Below, in pieces: positions 46,031-57,257 of a stretch of DNA of 64,000 bases. This DNA is from Sedimentisphaerales bacterium (GTDB lineage: Bacteria; Planctomycetota; Phycisphaerae; Sedimentisphaerales; SM23-30). The translations under genes were made by a program, and so were the position numbers. The notes below the pieces were generated by a model. It was not told the origin of the DNA. It ran no database searches and worked only from the letters and a program-made list of their open reading frames with translations. The stretch spans positions 1 to 64,000 of the forward strand of contig CAXXMR010000013.1 of NCBI GenBank assembly GCA_963663805.2, given 5' to 3'. The first letter of the stretch is position 1. Every line of letters starts with the position of its first letter.

Positions 46031-47476
46031 TTATGGTTCGGCGTCAACAGCGGGAATATCCACCAGGGGCGGCGGGGCGATTTCCGGTTCGATTACACGC
46101 ATGGTAGTCCATTTTCCTTTCAGGAAGCGCAGCAGAAAAACCACCGCCAGCAGGCAGACATAAAACGTTATCGCGGTCCAGCTCAGGTACAAACCGTTGC
46201 CCGGTCCCCATCCGTATGTGACGGCCAGCCAGGTGGGCAGGACCATTGTTACCCACGCCAGAGTTACGCCCAGGTACATCACAAAGCGAGTGTCGCCGGC
46301 CCCGCGCAGGGTGGCGGAGAAAGTGATATTGCCGACATCAAAAAGGCAATATACTGCGATAAAGGCCATCAGATTAACCACAATTGGTCGGATGGCAGTT
46401 AAATCCTGAGAACCCTTAAACGGAATCAGGAAAAGGTCCGGCGTGAACCAGTAGCCCAGGGAGATGATTGTCATATACACAAACGACATTTCGGTGGCGG
46501 ACCAGGTGACCTTTTTGGCAAGCGTAGGATTGTTATCGCCCAGGGCCTGACCGACCAGAATGCTCACGGCCATGCCGAAACCTATCATGGGCATAAAGGC
46601 GAGCATATTGATTCTCATGCCGATAGAGCAGGCGGTCATGACTTCGGGGCTGATTCTGCCGACAAAGGTCATGAAGAAATTGAAGGCCATGATATCGAGC
46701 ATGAAGTGCAGCCCGTTTGGCCCGCCGAAACGAATCAGGCGTTTCATCAGGTTCAGGTTCAGCCGCCAGCCGCTCAGTGAGTTAAATTCGCTGCGGAAGC
46801 GTCGAGGCAGCAGGAACAGGCCCAGGAACACCAGGCAGCAGCAGGTATTGGCGATAACGGTGGCCCAGGCAGCCCCTTTGATGCCCCATTCGGGGAAGCC
46901 CCAGTTGCCGAAAATCAAAGCATAGTCCAGGGTGATGTTAATCAGGTTTCCGCCGACGTGTACGGCCATGACGGTCCAGGTTTTGCTCCGTCCATTAAAA
47001 AAGCTGGACGCCGCGACCGCTGTCAGGATGGGCAAGGTACCGAATGTCATAATGCGAAAATAAGTTATTTCGTGTTGGCGGATATTGGCGTTATGCCCGG
47101 CCCAGTTGAAAATTTCTGGGGCCAGGGGAATCAGGCAGAGCAGCAGCAGCCAGGATGCCGTCGCCAGATAGAACCCCTGCCAGATGGAAGGTCCGACTTG
47201 TCGCGGGCGTTTGGCGCCAGTGTACTGAGCGACGAAAGTGGAAATGTATCCGATAATGCCGAAGAACAGGCATGACGAAGCGAAACTGGTCAGGCCCGCC
47301 AGTGACGAGGCGGCCATTTCGTCCTGCGAGGAGTGCATCAGGAATATACTGTCGATGAACATCTGGATGGTGTGCATGCCCGTAGAAAGAATCAGCGGGA
47401 AAGCGACTTTGAGTACCGCACGATAGCCGCCGGGCTGGTCCCAGCGATTAGAAATAAATTCGTTGATGCCGGGCAT
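46031..47476 (-). CDS. MATE-family efflux transporter
   Basis: About 12 TM helices, GFPEWGIKGAAWATV, LRGAGDT; ATG at 47476. Confidence 0.92.
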   Translation of the reverse strand: MPGINEFISNRWDQPGGYRAVLKVAFPLILSTGMHTIQMFIDSIFLMHSSQDEMAASSLAGLTSFASSCLFFGIIGYISTFVAQYTGAKRPRQVGPSIWQGFYLATASWLLLLCLIPLAPEIFNWAGHNANIRQHEITYFRIMTFGTLPILTAVAASSFFNGRSKTWTVMAVHVGGNLINITLDYALIFGNWGFPEWGIKGAAWATVIANTCCCLVFLGLFLLPRRFRSEFNSLSGWRLNLNLMKRLIRFGGPNGLHFMLDIMAFNFFMTFVGRISPEVMTACSIGMRINMLAFMPMIGFGMAVSILVGQALGDNNPTLAKKVTWSATEMSFVYMTIISLGYWFTPDLFLIPFKGSQDLTAIRPIVVNLMAFIAVYCLFDVGNITFSATLRGAGDTRFVMYLGVTLAWVTMVLPTWLAVTYGWGPGNGLYLSWTAITFYVCLLAVVFLLRFLKGKWTTMRVIEPEIAPPPLVDIPAVDAEP

Positions 47477-47478
47477 AG

Positions 47479-48129
47479 TTAAACCGTGAAGTTTTCGATA
47501 AGAACTGCCCGGGCCGGTGCCCCGTCGCTGCCGGCGATTTTGAGTGAGCCGCAAGCCAGGAAATATTCACCCGGCTTGATGTCGGCCAGCATAATGCCTT
47601 CGATAATCAGGATGTTATGGCCCAGCAGGGCATGGTGGGCGGCCTTTTCCGGGATACCTGATTTATCCACCGTCAGGTAATCTATGCCCAGCGTAACAAT
47701 GCCGTTATCGACGCAAAACTGAGCGCCGCAGCCGGTGAGATATACAAAATCTTTATGGAAAGGACCGTCGGGGTGATCTTTGAGGTCTTGGGAGTTGTTG
47801 GTTTTAAGCAGCAGCCGTTTGGTGCCGGCGGGTACTTTGCCTTCCAGCTCCGCTGCTCCAACTGCCGGCACACCCCGGCAATCCACCACATACGCCAGCC
47901 CGTAAAGCTGGTCCAGACCGATAGATTCCGTGCCGTAGCGTCCGTTCACGAAATGCAGAGGCGCATCGACATGAGTGCCCACGTGCGCCGATGTTTCAAA
48001 CGCCGAAGTGTTCGAGGAGTCACCCTGGTCCATATCCCGCTGACGATACCGCTTGAACGGTACATCTTTCGGATAGGTCAACATGCCGTTTTTCAGGGTC
48101 ATGGAAATGTCGTGGATTTTTATGCTCAT
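47479..48129 (-). CDS. Cyclase family protein (KynB-like)
   Basis: HVGTHVDAPLHF, LGIDYL, IIEG, GSDGAPARAV. Confidence 0.92.
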   Translation of the reverse strand: MSIKIHDISMTLKNGMLTYPKDVPFKRYRQRDMDQGDSSNTSAFETSAHVGTHVDAPLHFVNGRYGTESIGLDQLYGLAYVVDCRGVPAVGAAELEGKVPAGTKRLLLKTNNSQDLKDHPDGPFHKDFVYLTGCGAQFCVDNGIVTLGIDYLTVDKSGIPEKAAHHALLGHNILIIEGIMLADIKPGEYFLACGSLKIAGSDGAPARAVLIENFTV

Positions 48130-48270
48130 AGCGGGCTATTTTAGCTTGAGAGCGGCTGCTTGCAAGTTTCAAGTGAAAAAAACTTTAAGAGATTAACCCT
48201 TGACAGCGTTTATCGGGTCTTTTAAGGTGCCCGCAGATTGAATTATCATGTTGTACTAAGGAAGTGAATT

Positions 48271-49507
48271 ATGGATTTTCCTGCTGCTCAGCCACGTCAT
48301 AAACGCTTTGAAAGCCTCGGTTACGGTTTGTTTATCCATTGGGGCCTATATTCTCAGTTGGGTCAGGGTGAGTGGATTATGAGTCGCCGGGCCCTTGACA
48401 AGGCTGAGTATGCCGGGCTGAAGGATACTTTTGCCGCGGCGGATTTCGATGCCCGCGAGATTGCCCGCTTCGCTCGTCAGGCCGGCATGAAATATGTTTG
48501 CATCACAACCCGCCATCACGAGGGTTTCAGTCTTTATGACACCCGCGGGCTGAGTGATTATGACGCACCGCACAGTCCCGCCGGCCGTGATTTGGTGGCG
48601 GAATTCGTCGAAGCCTGCCGGGTTGAGGGTCTGATACCGTTTTTCTACCATACAACCCTGGACTGGTATCAAGAAAGTTTCAACGAGGATTTCGATGCCT
48701 ATTTGGAATATCTCCGCAATTCGGTTGAGGTTCTTTGCCGCAATTATGGCGAAATCGGCGGATTTTGGTTTGACGGCAACTGGTCCAAACCCGAAGCTGA
48801 CTGGAAAGAAGATGACCTTTACGGCACTATTCGCAAATATCAGCCCGAAGCTATGATTATCAACAATACCGGCCTGGGCCATCAGGGGCGGACCGGCCAC
48901 CCTGAGCTGGACAGTGTCACGTTTGAGCAGGGGCGGCCTAAACCGCTGAACCGGGCGGGGGATGAGCAAGTATGTTTGTGCCGAGATGTGTCAGACGATG
49001 AATGACCATTGGGGAATTGGGGATAGGGATTTTAATTATAAATCGCCAGCCGAGATTATCACAAATCTTTGTGCCTGCCGAAAGGTCGGGGCGAATTATC
49101 TGCTCAATGTAGGGCCAACAGCTGGCGGGGCTATCCCTGATTATGAGAGGGCAGCCTTGCTGCGGGTGGGGCAGTGGGTTGAGCAGAACTCTGAGGCGAT
49201 TTATAAGGGACGGCCCTGTTCGCTCAAGGGGCAGGGGAATGATTTTGCTTTGCAGTGCGGCGCTAAGATTTATTTGTTTATTCACGACCTTTCGATTGCC
49301 GGCAATACTCATGTTACAGTTGCCGGAGGCGGGATAGGACCACGCAGTTTTACCGGTCTGGAACGAGAGATTCAATCCGCCCGCTGGATAGATAACGGTG
49401 AACAAATCGCTTTTGTGGAAGATGTCAACGAAGGCCTTCTCACTATCAATGCCACCGGTTATCCCTACGGGACCAGTATGGTGGTGCGGGTGGCGGAGCT
49501 GGCCTGA
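48271..49507 (+). CDS. Alpha-L-fucosidase (GH29), frameshift in the G run at ~48956-48961
   Basis: GLFIHWGLYS, TTRHHEGF, WFDG, then EMCQTMNDHWG and NYLLNVGP in the next frame. Confidence 0.9.
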
Positions 49508-49515
49508 CAAACATA

Positions 49516-50268
49516 TCAGCTTTGAGCCAGACGTTTAGCCTCTAATATCGCCGCGAAGGATTCAGCGGCCGTTTCGGTTCGCAGGATATTTCTGCCCAGC
49601 CGTACCGGTTTTGCACCATGTTGAATCAGCAATTGTTCTTCTTGCTCGGTAAAGCCCGCTTCGGGGCCGATGAAGGCCGCGATATTAGCCTGGGGGTTAA
49701 ATTTTAGTTCCGCTAACGGCTCTGCCTCGTTTCCTAGAGAACCCGTCAGAAGCATTGTTTCGCCGGGCCGGGTGGTAATTTCAGCGATAACATTTTCTAA
49801 ATCCGCGGGAAAGTCGATTTGGGGCAGAAACAGTCGATGGCATTGTTTTGCCGCCGCGACGGCTAGATTTTCGTACCGTTCGACGATCTTGGGGTTGCCC
49901 GGCTGTTTGACGGTATGATGGCAGATTAATGGGCAGATTCGGTCCACGCCCAGCTCGGTGCATTTGCTAATCAGCCAGTCAAATCGCTCACCTTTAGCAA
50001 CGCTGGAAGCGATGATTATTTGGCCCTGTTCGGGGTATTTCTCGCGATTAATTTCCTTGATTTTGACGCTCACCCGGCGGGAGTCGGCCGAGATGATCTC
50101 GGCGTCTGCCAGTCCGCCGACGCCGTCAAAAACCTCCACTATTGTGCCGGGCTTTAGCCTTCTTACCCCGCTAAGGTGATGTGCTTCTGGTCCGGTAATA
50201 TCCAGTTGGCCGGTTTTTATCGGACGGCAGTAGAATCGTATTTGCCTGGATTTGCTTTCGTGCGGCAT
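49516..50268 (-). CDS. rsmE: 16S rRNA m3U1498 methyltransferase RsmE
   Basis: HHLSGVRRL, KCTELGV, AAKQC, IGPEAGF, LGRNILRTETA. Confidence 0.95.
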   Translation of the reverse strand: MPHESKSRQIRFYCRPIKTGQLDITGPEAHHLSGVRRLKPGTIVEVFDGVGGLADAEIISADSRRVSVKIKEINREKYPEQGQIIIASSVAKGERFDWLISKCTELGVDRICPLICHHTVKQPGNPKIVERYENLAVAAAKQCHRLFLPQIDFPADLENVIAEITTRPGETMLLTGSLGNEAEPLAELKFNPQANIAAFIGPEAGFTEQEEQLLIQHGAKPVRLGRNILRTETAAESFAAILEAKRLAQS

Positions 50269-50401
50269 TTTATTGCCCCTTATGGCTGTTTGTCTCTTAC
50301 ATTTAACTGGTTAGTGGCTTTGTACATGTTTTCTGACGATTAACTTAATACATCCGCGTAGGTGGAGCAATATTATTTGGGATTTTGACGGAAATCTGAA
50401 A

Positions 50402-51871
50402 ATGGCAGATGAGAAAAATAAAAAAGACGGTCCGGTTGGCAATGTTAGTGACCAGTCCAGCATAGATGACCTTTTGGCGGCTGTTGAGCAGTCTCTGGAT
50501 GATGTCGGCAGTGCTCTAGGCGCGGAGGAGGAATCTCAGGCCCAGACCGCTGTCGCTGAGGCCGAAGATTCTCAGGGTGAGGTTGACCTGGTCGCTCAAG
50601 CCATGGCCGAGCTGGAACAGGGGATTGATACCCTGAATAATGAAGTCGCTGAAGATACCGTCAAGAAGTCTGCTCCAGCCGAGCCGATAATCAAGAAAAA
50701 ATCTGATTTTAAGGGCAGTGTCGATTCTCAGGAGGATGTGGACGATGTTCTGGCAAGAATAGCCAGTGAACTGGATATTCTGGACGATGAGCCCGAAGCC
50801 ACGGTCGTTGAGCCGGAGCCGAAAGAGGAACTGCCCGAAGAGTTCAAGGGCGGGGTTGATAGCCAGGATGATATTGATGCTCTATTGAACTCCGTAAATG
50901 CTCAGATGCAGGAAGAAGCTGCTGAAAAAGAGGAAGCCCCGGCGGAGGCAACTGCTGAGGTTGCTGAACCAGAATCAGCCGCATCGACCGTCGATGCTCA
51001 GGTTGATGACCTGCTGGCATCGCTGGAGTCTGAGTTGATTGAAGACGAAGCACCTGCCCAAGCCGTTCAGGAAACAGAAACAGCCGAACCTGCTACCGAA
51101 AATCCTGATGATATTCTGGCGTCATTGGAAGCGGAATTGTCTGAGGATGAAGCTCCTTCCGCCGAAGCTGTTCAGGAAACAGAGGCCGCCGAACCAGTTG
51201 CGGAGAGCCCCGATGATATTCTGGCGTCATTGGAAGCGGAAATGCAGGATAAAGAACCCGCCGCAGCGGCTGAAGTTGAAACCGCTCCCGCGCCAGCTGA
51301 GTCTACCGCTGAAGATATTGACGCGATGTTGGCTGAGAGTGCCGATGAAATCGCCGAAGCTGGCGACCTCGAGGCTGAACATGCTGAGCCGTTGGATGCT
51401 CTTACTCAGGATGAGGAAGAAGCAGCACCTTCAGCCGAGGACGTCGATGAAATGCTTGCTATGGAAGAACCCGAAACAATCGAAAACGTAGATGAAGCCG
51501 AAGTTTCTTCCTTAGATGCTGAATCCACGCTTGAAGATATTGATGCCGAAACCGACCAGGCCGTCGAGCAGGAGCTTGACGCGGCGGTTTCGGGAACTTC
51601 CGAGGAACCTTCCGCTCCCGAAGCTAAGCCTGCCGCACAGGTTCCTCAGCCCGGACATGACCCGGCCGAGAGTGAACAGCCCGTCGCTGCCCAACCCGGT
51701 CCTTATAGCCATTTCCCCATACCTCAGAGAATTATGGCCACCTCACTCAATGCCGTGAACAAACCTTTCAAGGCGGTGCCCGAAAAAGCCAAAGATACCG
51801 TTGGTATTTTCGCGGTGATAACCTGTATTATCTCAATGATACTCGCGGCCTTGATTCTGTTATTGAAATAA
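50402..51871 (+). CDS. Highly acidic, disorder-prone protein with repeated D(D/E)xLAxL helices and a C-terminal TM anchor
   Basis: E/D/A-rich; SIDDLLAAV, SQEDVDDVLA, SQDDIDALL, QVDDLLASLE, PDDILASLE twice; hydrophobic C-terminus. Confidence 0.85.
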   Translation: MADEKNKKDGPVGNVSDQSSIDDLLAAVEQSLDDVGSALGAEEESQAQTAVAEAEDSQGEVDLVAQAMAELEQGIDTLNNEVAEDTVKKSAPAEPIIKKKSDFKGSVDSQEDVDDVLARIASELDILDDEPEATVVEPEPKEELPEEFKGGVDSQDDIDALLNSVNAQMQEEAAEKEEAPAEATAEVAEPESAASTVDAQVDDLLASLESELIEDEAPAQAVQETETAEPATENPDDILASLEAELSEDEAPSAEAVQETEAAEPVAESPDDILASLEAEMQDKEPAAAAEVETAPAPAESTAEDIDAMLAESADEIAEAGDLEAEHAEPLDALTQDEEEAAPSAEDVDEMLAMEEPETIENVDEAEVSSLDAESTLEDIDAETDQAVEQELDAAVSGTSEEPSAPEAKPAAQVPQPGHDPAESEQPVAAQPGPYSHFPIPQRIMATSLNAVNKPFKAVPEKAKDTVGIFAVITCIISMILAALILLLK

Positions 51872-51884
51872 CAGACTGGAAAAT

Positions 51885-52586
51885 TCAGGTTTTCCGGTAT
51901 TGTTGTTTTAATAATATTCTGGCACCAGCCAATATCAGCAGTGTCAGAGATGCTGGTTCCGGTACGATACCCGACTGTAGACGGGGGGTGTATTCATAGC
52001 TGGGAGCCGATGACCCTTCCGAGGCCGCGATGGTGCATTCTGCCTCATCGGGCAATTCAATGTTGAATATAATGTACTGTCTATAATTACTTGCCGCGTC
52101 CGCAAGGTAATTAGTGACCTCAAAGTGCAGCCAGCCCGTACCGCTGATGATTCCCACTACCGCGTCGGTGGTCTCAAACTGAGTAACCGTTACTGTGCCG
52201 GTGGAGTTGGCGGCATGATATTGCAGTTCCACATTTTTGGTAGCACCCCCCGGTGGGATATAGTGACTGCAATAGATACTCAGGGTTGCGGTATAATCCG
52301 GGGCGTTCCACCAGTCCACGATTCGAAACAGCATTACCGGCACCTGCATTCGCGGGGGTTGATGGTCCCCACTGTCGTCCCGGAAGCCAATCAGATTTAT
52401 TTCGTCGGTGTCTACGGTTTTGTTGTGGGTTGTGAAATTTTCAGCGATTACACCGTCGCCGGCACCGTTAGAGTAAATGATAGTCGCTGATACTCTGGTT
52501 GGCCCAGCCCAAACACATAGGGTACACAGGGACAGAAATAGCACACAGGAAACCTCCCTCATCCTTCCGCTTTTTTGCGCATCCAT
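51885..52586 (-). CDS. PEP-CTERM surface protein
   Basis: Signal peptide; GWLHFEVT...PRL domain; VPEPASLTLLILAGARILLKQQYRK. Confidence 0.82.
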   Translation of the reverse strand: MDAQKSGRMREVSCVLFLSLCTLCVWAGPTRVSATIIYSNGAGDGVIAENFTTHNKTVDTDEINLIGFRDDSGDHQPPRMQVPVMLFRIVDWWNAPDYTATLSIYCSHYIPPGGATKNVELQYHAANSTGTVTVTQFETTDAVVGIISGTGWLHFEVTNYLADAASNYRQYIIFNIELPDEAECTIAASEGSSAPSYEYTPRLQSGIVPEPASLTLLILAGARILLKQQYRKT

Positions 52587-52866
52587 AATCTCGCCTCTCT
52601 CAAACAGCCTCAACGGCTGTGCCCCGCAAACTATATCTCCTGTTCCCTGTACATCAGGAAACCTCTCTCCACAGTAAAACAGCTCACGCTTTTTTGACAC
52701 GCGGCAAGTGGCCCGGAAAAACAAACTGGCATAAATCGAACAGAGATAAGAAAGGAAATCTCTCTGCTTTCCCTTCTTGGTATCGACGCAAAAATTATAA
52801 CTTGTGTGCCGCAGCGTTGTCAAGTGGATTTTGGGTCTTCTGTTGATTTTCTGGGCATGCCTGAAA

Positions 52867-54152
52867 TCAGTAGCAGGCCTCCGGCGGATCGATGTTGCAC
52901 TGCATCCAGTAGGAAGCGAAGACCGCGAAGTCATTGATGTCGGTAATGCAATCGCCATTGAAATCGGACGGCATTGCTGCGGTGCAGACGGGTCCGGAAA
53001 TTAGTAATTGATAATTTCCGGTTTGGCCGTCATAGCCAGCGATACGTACAAAATACGTTATTCCCTGCTGGACCGGCATTGTAACCTGGCTGGGCCATTT
53101 ATACTGACAGATTTCTGTGCCTGCGTCATCATTGCAAGCTAGTTCATTCCCGCCGCAGCTGTCGTAAATTGCCAGGGTAGTATCAAAACTGCTGCCGCAA
53201 AGACTGATGGTGTAGTCATAATCGAAGTCCGGCGTAAACGAATGCCACACGTCCAGCGTGTCATTACTGCCGCAACTGCTGGTCATGGTCCCGGTCGCAC
53301 CGCTGGTACTGCCTGTATAGGGTACGCCCACTTCCACTTCGATGGCGTTTTCGCATTCATCATGTTCTTGTACCACCATCCCGGTGATAGCAAAGTTGAA
53401 GGGGTTTTCATCCAGCATGTCGCCGTAGTCTTCGCCGCCGTCGGCATTAGTGAAACTTATCTCGCCTTGGTATATGCCCAGGGTTGTGGTATTCAGACTA
53501 ACCTCAAAGGTGTCCGACAGACCCGGTGCGATGGTGCTGTTCAGAGTTTCACTGAGGCTGAATCCTGCCGGCAGATTAACCGTGCCGATAGTCCAAAGGT
53601 GCACTGCCATCGTTATAAACGGTGAATGTCTGGGTCGGACCGGGTAGGCCCAGAATCGCCCGACCCGAAGTCCAGCGGCACGGTTTGGTTGTCAGCGATT
53701 TCATTGCTGCCTTGGTCGGTTACCCGGATTTCTGCCGGGGCCTGAACCTCTCCGGTTAAGGGAAAGTAGAAATCCTCTAACTGGTCGCAACTGATGACCG
53801 CGTTACCGTCCTTGACACCCACAACTTCCACCAGTAATTGAATCTCGAAAGTTTCCTCGTTGTTTGGTGCTATCCCCACTGTTGTTGCCAGCGGGTTGGG
53901 GCCGGTCGCGTAGCCGGTAGGTACACTGAGTATTATATTCGTCAGAGCTTCGGTGCCGGTGTTGTATAAGGTAAACGAAAGCACCGCAGGTGAAGTGCCC
54001 GCCCCGACAATGCCGAAATCTACAGGTGGGCCGCTCTGGACGCTCACGCCCGCATGACGAACCAGCAGGCCGGCTGAGCATATCGCCGCCCCGAAAAACA
54101 CTGCCAGACTAAAAGCCAAAATGCACTTACGGGGAATATTGAAACTGGACAT
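52867..54152 (-). CDS. Secreted protein with two choice-of-anchor-D/ASH-like Ig domains, a PPC-like domain and a dockerin-like tail; frameshifts at ~53600-53660
   Basis: AAAGGAG RBS; DFG...FTLYNTG; second module FTVYNDGSAPL read across frames; DVWHSFTP, FDTTLAIY, ACNDD, SDFNGDCITDINDFAVFASYWM. Confidence 0.8.
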
Positions 54153-54574
54153 AGCGGTTCTCTCCTTTCCAGGACCATAGACAAAAAGAACATTCATCTT
54201 CGACATTTTTAACGGCCGAAGCAAAAGGCCGGGCAGATGAGAAAAGCCCGAAGCTATATAAAAATATATCCCATTTACGGTTTTGGCAAATAAAAAATCG
54301 GTCGCGGGCCTACGAACTTTTTGATTTCGGGCCCACCTTCTATATTTGATTACCGGACTTCGCAAAAAAACTTTCCTTCTTTTCCGCGTCTATCATGCCT
54401 CTGGGACTTGATTTATAAAATCCAAACATTACCTGGGCTGTCCGGCTTATATTGTTACCCCAAACAGTCGATATTCGGCATAGGAAGTCTGTCGAAGTCG
54501 CGGCTTGAAGCAAGTGGAGTTTTTCGGTGAGTTTTTTTTGCAAAACAATTCCAATCAGAAAAAATTTGTTCGAC

Positions 54575-55090
54575 ATGACGCTGTTGAGATGCTTTTTGGT
54601 GTTGGTTGCTGCGTCTGCTTCACCTGCTCAGTGCAAAAGTGATTCAGCTGTGGCGAGAGTTACCGCAAGCGTGCCGGCCCGGATTTTCATTGGTACCACC
54701 GAAAAGCAAATTCGCGTTTCGTATAACGGTGATAGTTTTCTTGAAATTGAAATTCCTTTTCGAGTCAAGACCAATACCACTTGTGTTTCAGTATCTGTCT
54801 GTGCCGAAAATCTCCACTATGCTGACATGAGTGATGATGTATCGGTAATACCGATTGACACAAAGTGGCCGCTCCGGTTGAATTATTTTAATCGCACAGC
54901 CTCACTCAACTGGCAGGACTCAAGCCCGATGAAAATCAGGTCCACTCAGGCATATCAGATATTCGCGATTGACGATGCTTCTCTTGACACAACCATTAAT
55001 ATTCAGCTCAGATATACGCGTACTTGTGATTTTCTTCCTTACGGTCTTTACACCGGCCAGGTGAAACTTGTGACGGAAGTGCTTCCCTGA
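54575..55090 (+). CDS. Putative minor pilin/fimbrial subunit
   Basis: Signal peptide, beta-rich, C-terminal LPYGLYTGQVKL paralogous to 57258-57824. Confidence 0.6.
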   Translation: MTLLRCFLVLVAASASPAQCKSDSAVARVTASVPARIFIGTTEKQIRVSYNGDSFLEIEIPFRVKTNTTCVSVSVCAENLHYADMSDDVSVIPIDTKWPLRLNYFNRTASLNWQDSSPMKIRSTQAYQIFAIDDASLDTTINIQLRYTRTCDFLPYGLYTGQVKLVTEVLP

Positions 55091-55516
55091 AACAAATAAT
55101 TTGGCATGACCATTTTTGGTGTTTCCAAATCTCGCCCTGAGGACTTACCAATTATTGGCCGTCCATTTCTTCTTGTCAGAACAGTATCTACGGTTTGGTA
55201 ATTCCACAGATTGCCGATGGACGAACCTTTGTGACAAAAGGTGAGTCCTTTTTTTTATTTGGGGCGGTCAGTTTTTTTACCTGCGGTTTTGTTTTTCACT
55301 TGCCCGGCAACACTCTGTGTGATAAACCTTATGTGTAAGTTCTGTTGCTGATTCCGAGCAGTTGTTTGCGTTTTTTTCAGAAGTTCTTTTTTGTGTATCT
55401 TGCTTAATGAGACCATGTGGGCAGGCTTGGCGTGGTGTCCATAGTCGGGCTTGTCGGAATGACGTTGGTGTAAGTCTGGACCGGCGTTGTGAGAAAGCTA
55501 TGAAGGGAGAATTTCG

Positions 55517-57175
55517 ATGTCCGGGAGATCACTGTTTTTCTATGCGGGGGTGATTTGTCTGTCTGTCTCAATTTTTACCGCAAATGCCGGGGCGTTTGTT
55601 TACTATGTTGACCCTGCTGCTGCGGGTTCCGGCGATGGCAGCAGTTGGGCGAATGCTTTTCATTACTTGCAGGATGCCCTGGGTGCCGCCGCTTATGGCG
55701 ATCAGATACGAGTCGCTCAGGGTGTCTATCGACCGGACCGCTCTGTGGCAGACCCCACTGGCAGCGGCAACCGGGAAAAGTCTTTTGATTTGGTCAACGG
55801 GGTCAAAATGTACGGCGGTTTTCCTGCTGGCGGCGGGCCGATGGTTGCGCGAAGACCGCTTGTTTTTGAAACCATACTTTGCGGCGATCTGGAAGGCGAC
55901 GATATTCCAATAGCAGACCCGCGGATAATGTGTGATGAGGCGTCCCTGGTATTTCAGGATAATTCCTATCATGTGGTGACGGCTCTCAATGTGGACCCTG
56001 ATACGCGTCTTGACGGTTTTATTGTTACCGCTGGCAATGCCAACGGCACCCCGCCGGTTCAGCAGAAGGGCGGCGGTATGTATTGTGCCAGCGACGACCC
56101 TGCCCAGCCGCATATTTACGGCTGTCGGTTTATCGGTAATGCCGCTATCTGGGGCGGCGGATTGTATAACGAAGATGCTTCGACAACTGTCGCCTGCTGT
56201 GCTTTTCGGGGTAATGGTGCTGTCAATTACGGCGGGGGTGTTTACAACATAAACTTTTTCAATCCCGGTCCGGCTTATGCCAATTGCACTTTTTCATTTA
56301 ACGTCACCAGTGGTCGCGGCGGCGGGATATGCAATGTCAGCAGTGACTGTTCCTATGTGAATTGCCTGGTCAACGCAAATTTTGCCGAGGACCGCGGCGG
56401 CGGGGCATATAACATGTATCAGGGCTGTACGCCGGATTATATCAACTGCACTTTCATTTGCAATGAAGCCCTTATCGAAGGTGGTGCCATGCGCGACTAT
56501 GCTACCGATACCGTTTTGGTTAATAGCATCTTTTGGGGCAATATCGCACCCGTCGGCCCTCAGCTTGCCGCCCGGCTGGATGTTTGTTCCATGTATATAA
56601 GCTACTGCGATGTGCAGGGTGGGCTGGCGGATATTAACGCGGTTGATAACGCGCATATAATTTGGGGGACGGGTAATATAGATGCTTACCCGATGTTCGA
56701 TACCCCCGAAGAACCAGCCGAGTGTGAACCCTGGGCGTTCAGGCTGATGCCCGGCTCGCCCTGTCTCGATGCCGGTGATAGTTCAGCCCTGCCCGCTGAT
56801 ATTGCCGATGCTGATAATGACGGCGACACTTCAGAAATTATTTCGGTGGACTTTCGCGGTTATCTAAGAACGGTTGACGACCCCGATGCCCCCGACCTCG
56901 GCAATCCGCTGGCCCCTATGGTCGATATGGGTGTTTATGAAAGAGCGGTTTGCGGCGACCCGGGCCACTTGACTCCGCTGGGTGATTTAGACGGTAATTG
57001 TAAAGTTGATTTGTTTGATTTCGCCCGATTGGCAGCATTCTATGGTGTCGCTTCGTGCGGCGAGCCTGACTATTGCGAAGGTGCAGACCTCGACCTGGAC
57101 GGCGATGTCGATGATATGGATTTAGCGTTGCTCACCGGTAACTGGCTGGTTTGTACCCACCCCGATTGTGATTGA
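55517..57175 (+). CDS. Secreted right-handed beta-helix (GGG-N.A repeat, choice-of-anchor-Q-like) protein with dockerin domain
   Basis: YVDPAAAGSGDGSSWANAF, repeated N.A..GGG, SPCLDAG, DMGVYE, two EF-hand-like dockerin repeats. Confidence 0.85.
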   Translation: MSGRSLFFYAGVICLSVSIFTANAGAFVYYVDPAAAGSGDGSSWANAFHYLQDALGAAAYGDQIRVAQGVYRPDRSVADPTGSGNREKSFDLVNGVKMYGGFPAGGGPMVARRPLVFETILCGDLEGDDIPIADPRIMCDEASLVFQDNSYHVVTALNVDPDTRLDGFIVTAGNANGTPPVQQKGGGMYCASDDPAQPHIYGCRFIGNAAIWGGGLYNEDASTTVACCAFRGNGAVNYGGGVYNINFFNPGPAYANCTFSFNVTSGRGGGICNVSSDCSYVNCLVNANFAEDRGGGAYNMYQGCTPDYINCTFICNEALIEGGAMRDYATDTVLVNSIFWGNIAPVGPQLAARLDVCSMYISYCDVQGGLADINAVDNAHIIWGTGNIDAYPMFDTPEEPAECEPWAFRLMPGSPCLDAGDSSALPADIADADNDGDTSEIISVDFRGYLRTVDDPDAPDLGNPLAPMVDMGVYERAVCGDPGHLTPLGDLDGNCKVDLFDFARLAAFYGVASCGEPDYCEGADLDLDGDVDDMDLALLTGNWLVCTHPDCD

Positions 57176-57257
57176 GAGAGAAATATTTTACAAACGTGAT
57201 TGGCATTAATGCCATAAGATGATAACCGGATTCTGACTTGTCAGAAAGGAGATGACC

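Noticed and set aside
48950..48965. Phase-variable poly-G tract in the fucosidase
   Set aside because: The run is only ~6 G and many similar homopolymer errors occur elsewhere, so a sequencing artefact is more parsimonious.
52863..54311. RRPATDF appearing in two upstream ORF extensions (DNA AAATC.GT.GC.GGCCT at ~52863 and ~54296)
   Set aside because: Short, imperfect match in non-coding frames; one copy is just the end of the neighbouring gene, so probably chance.
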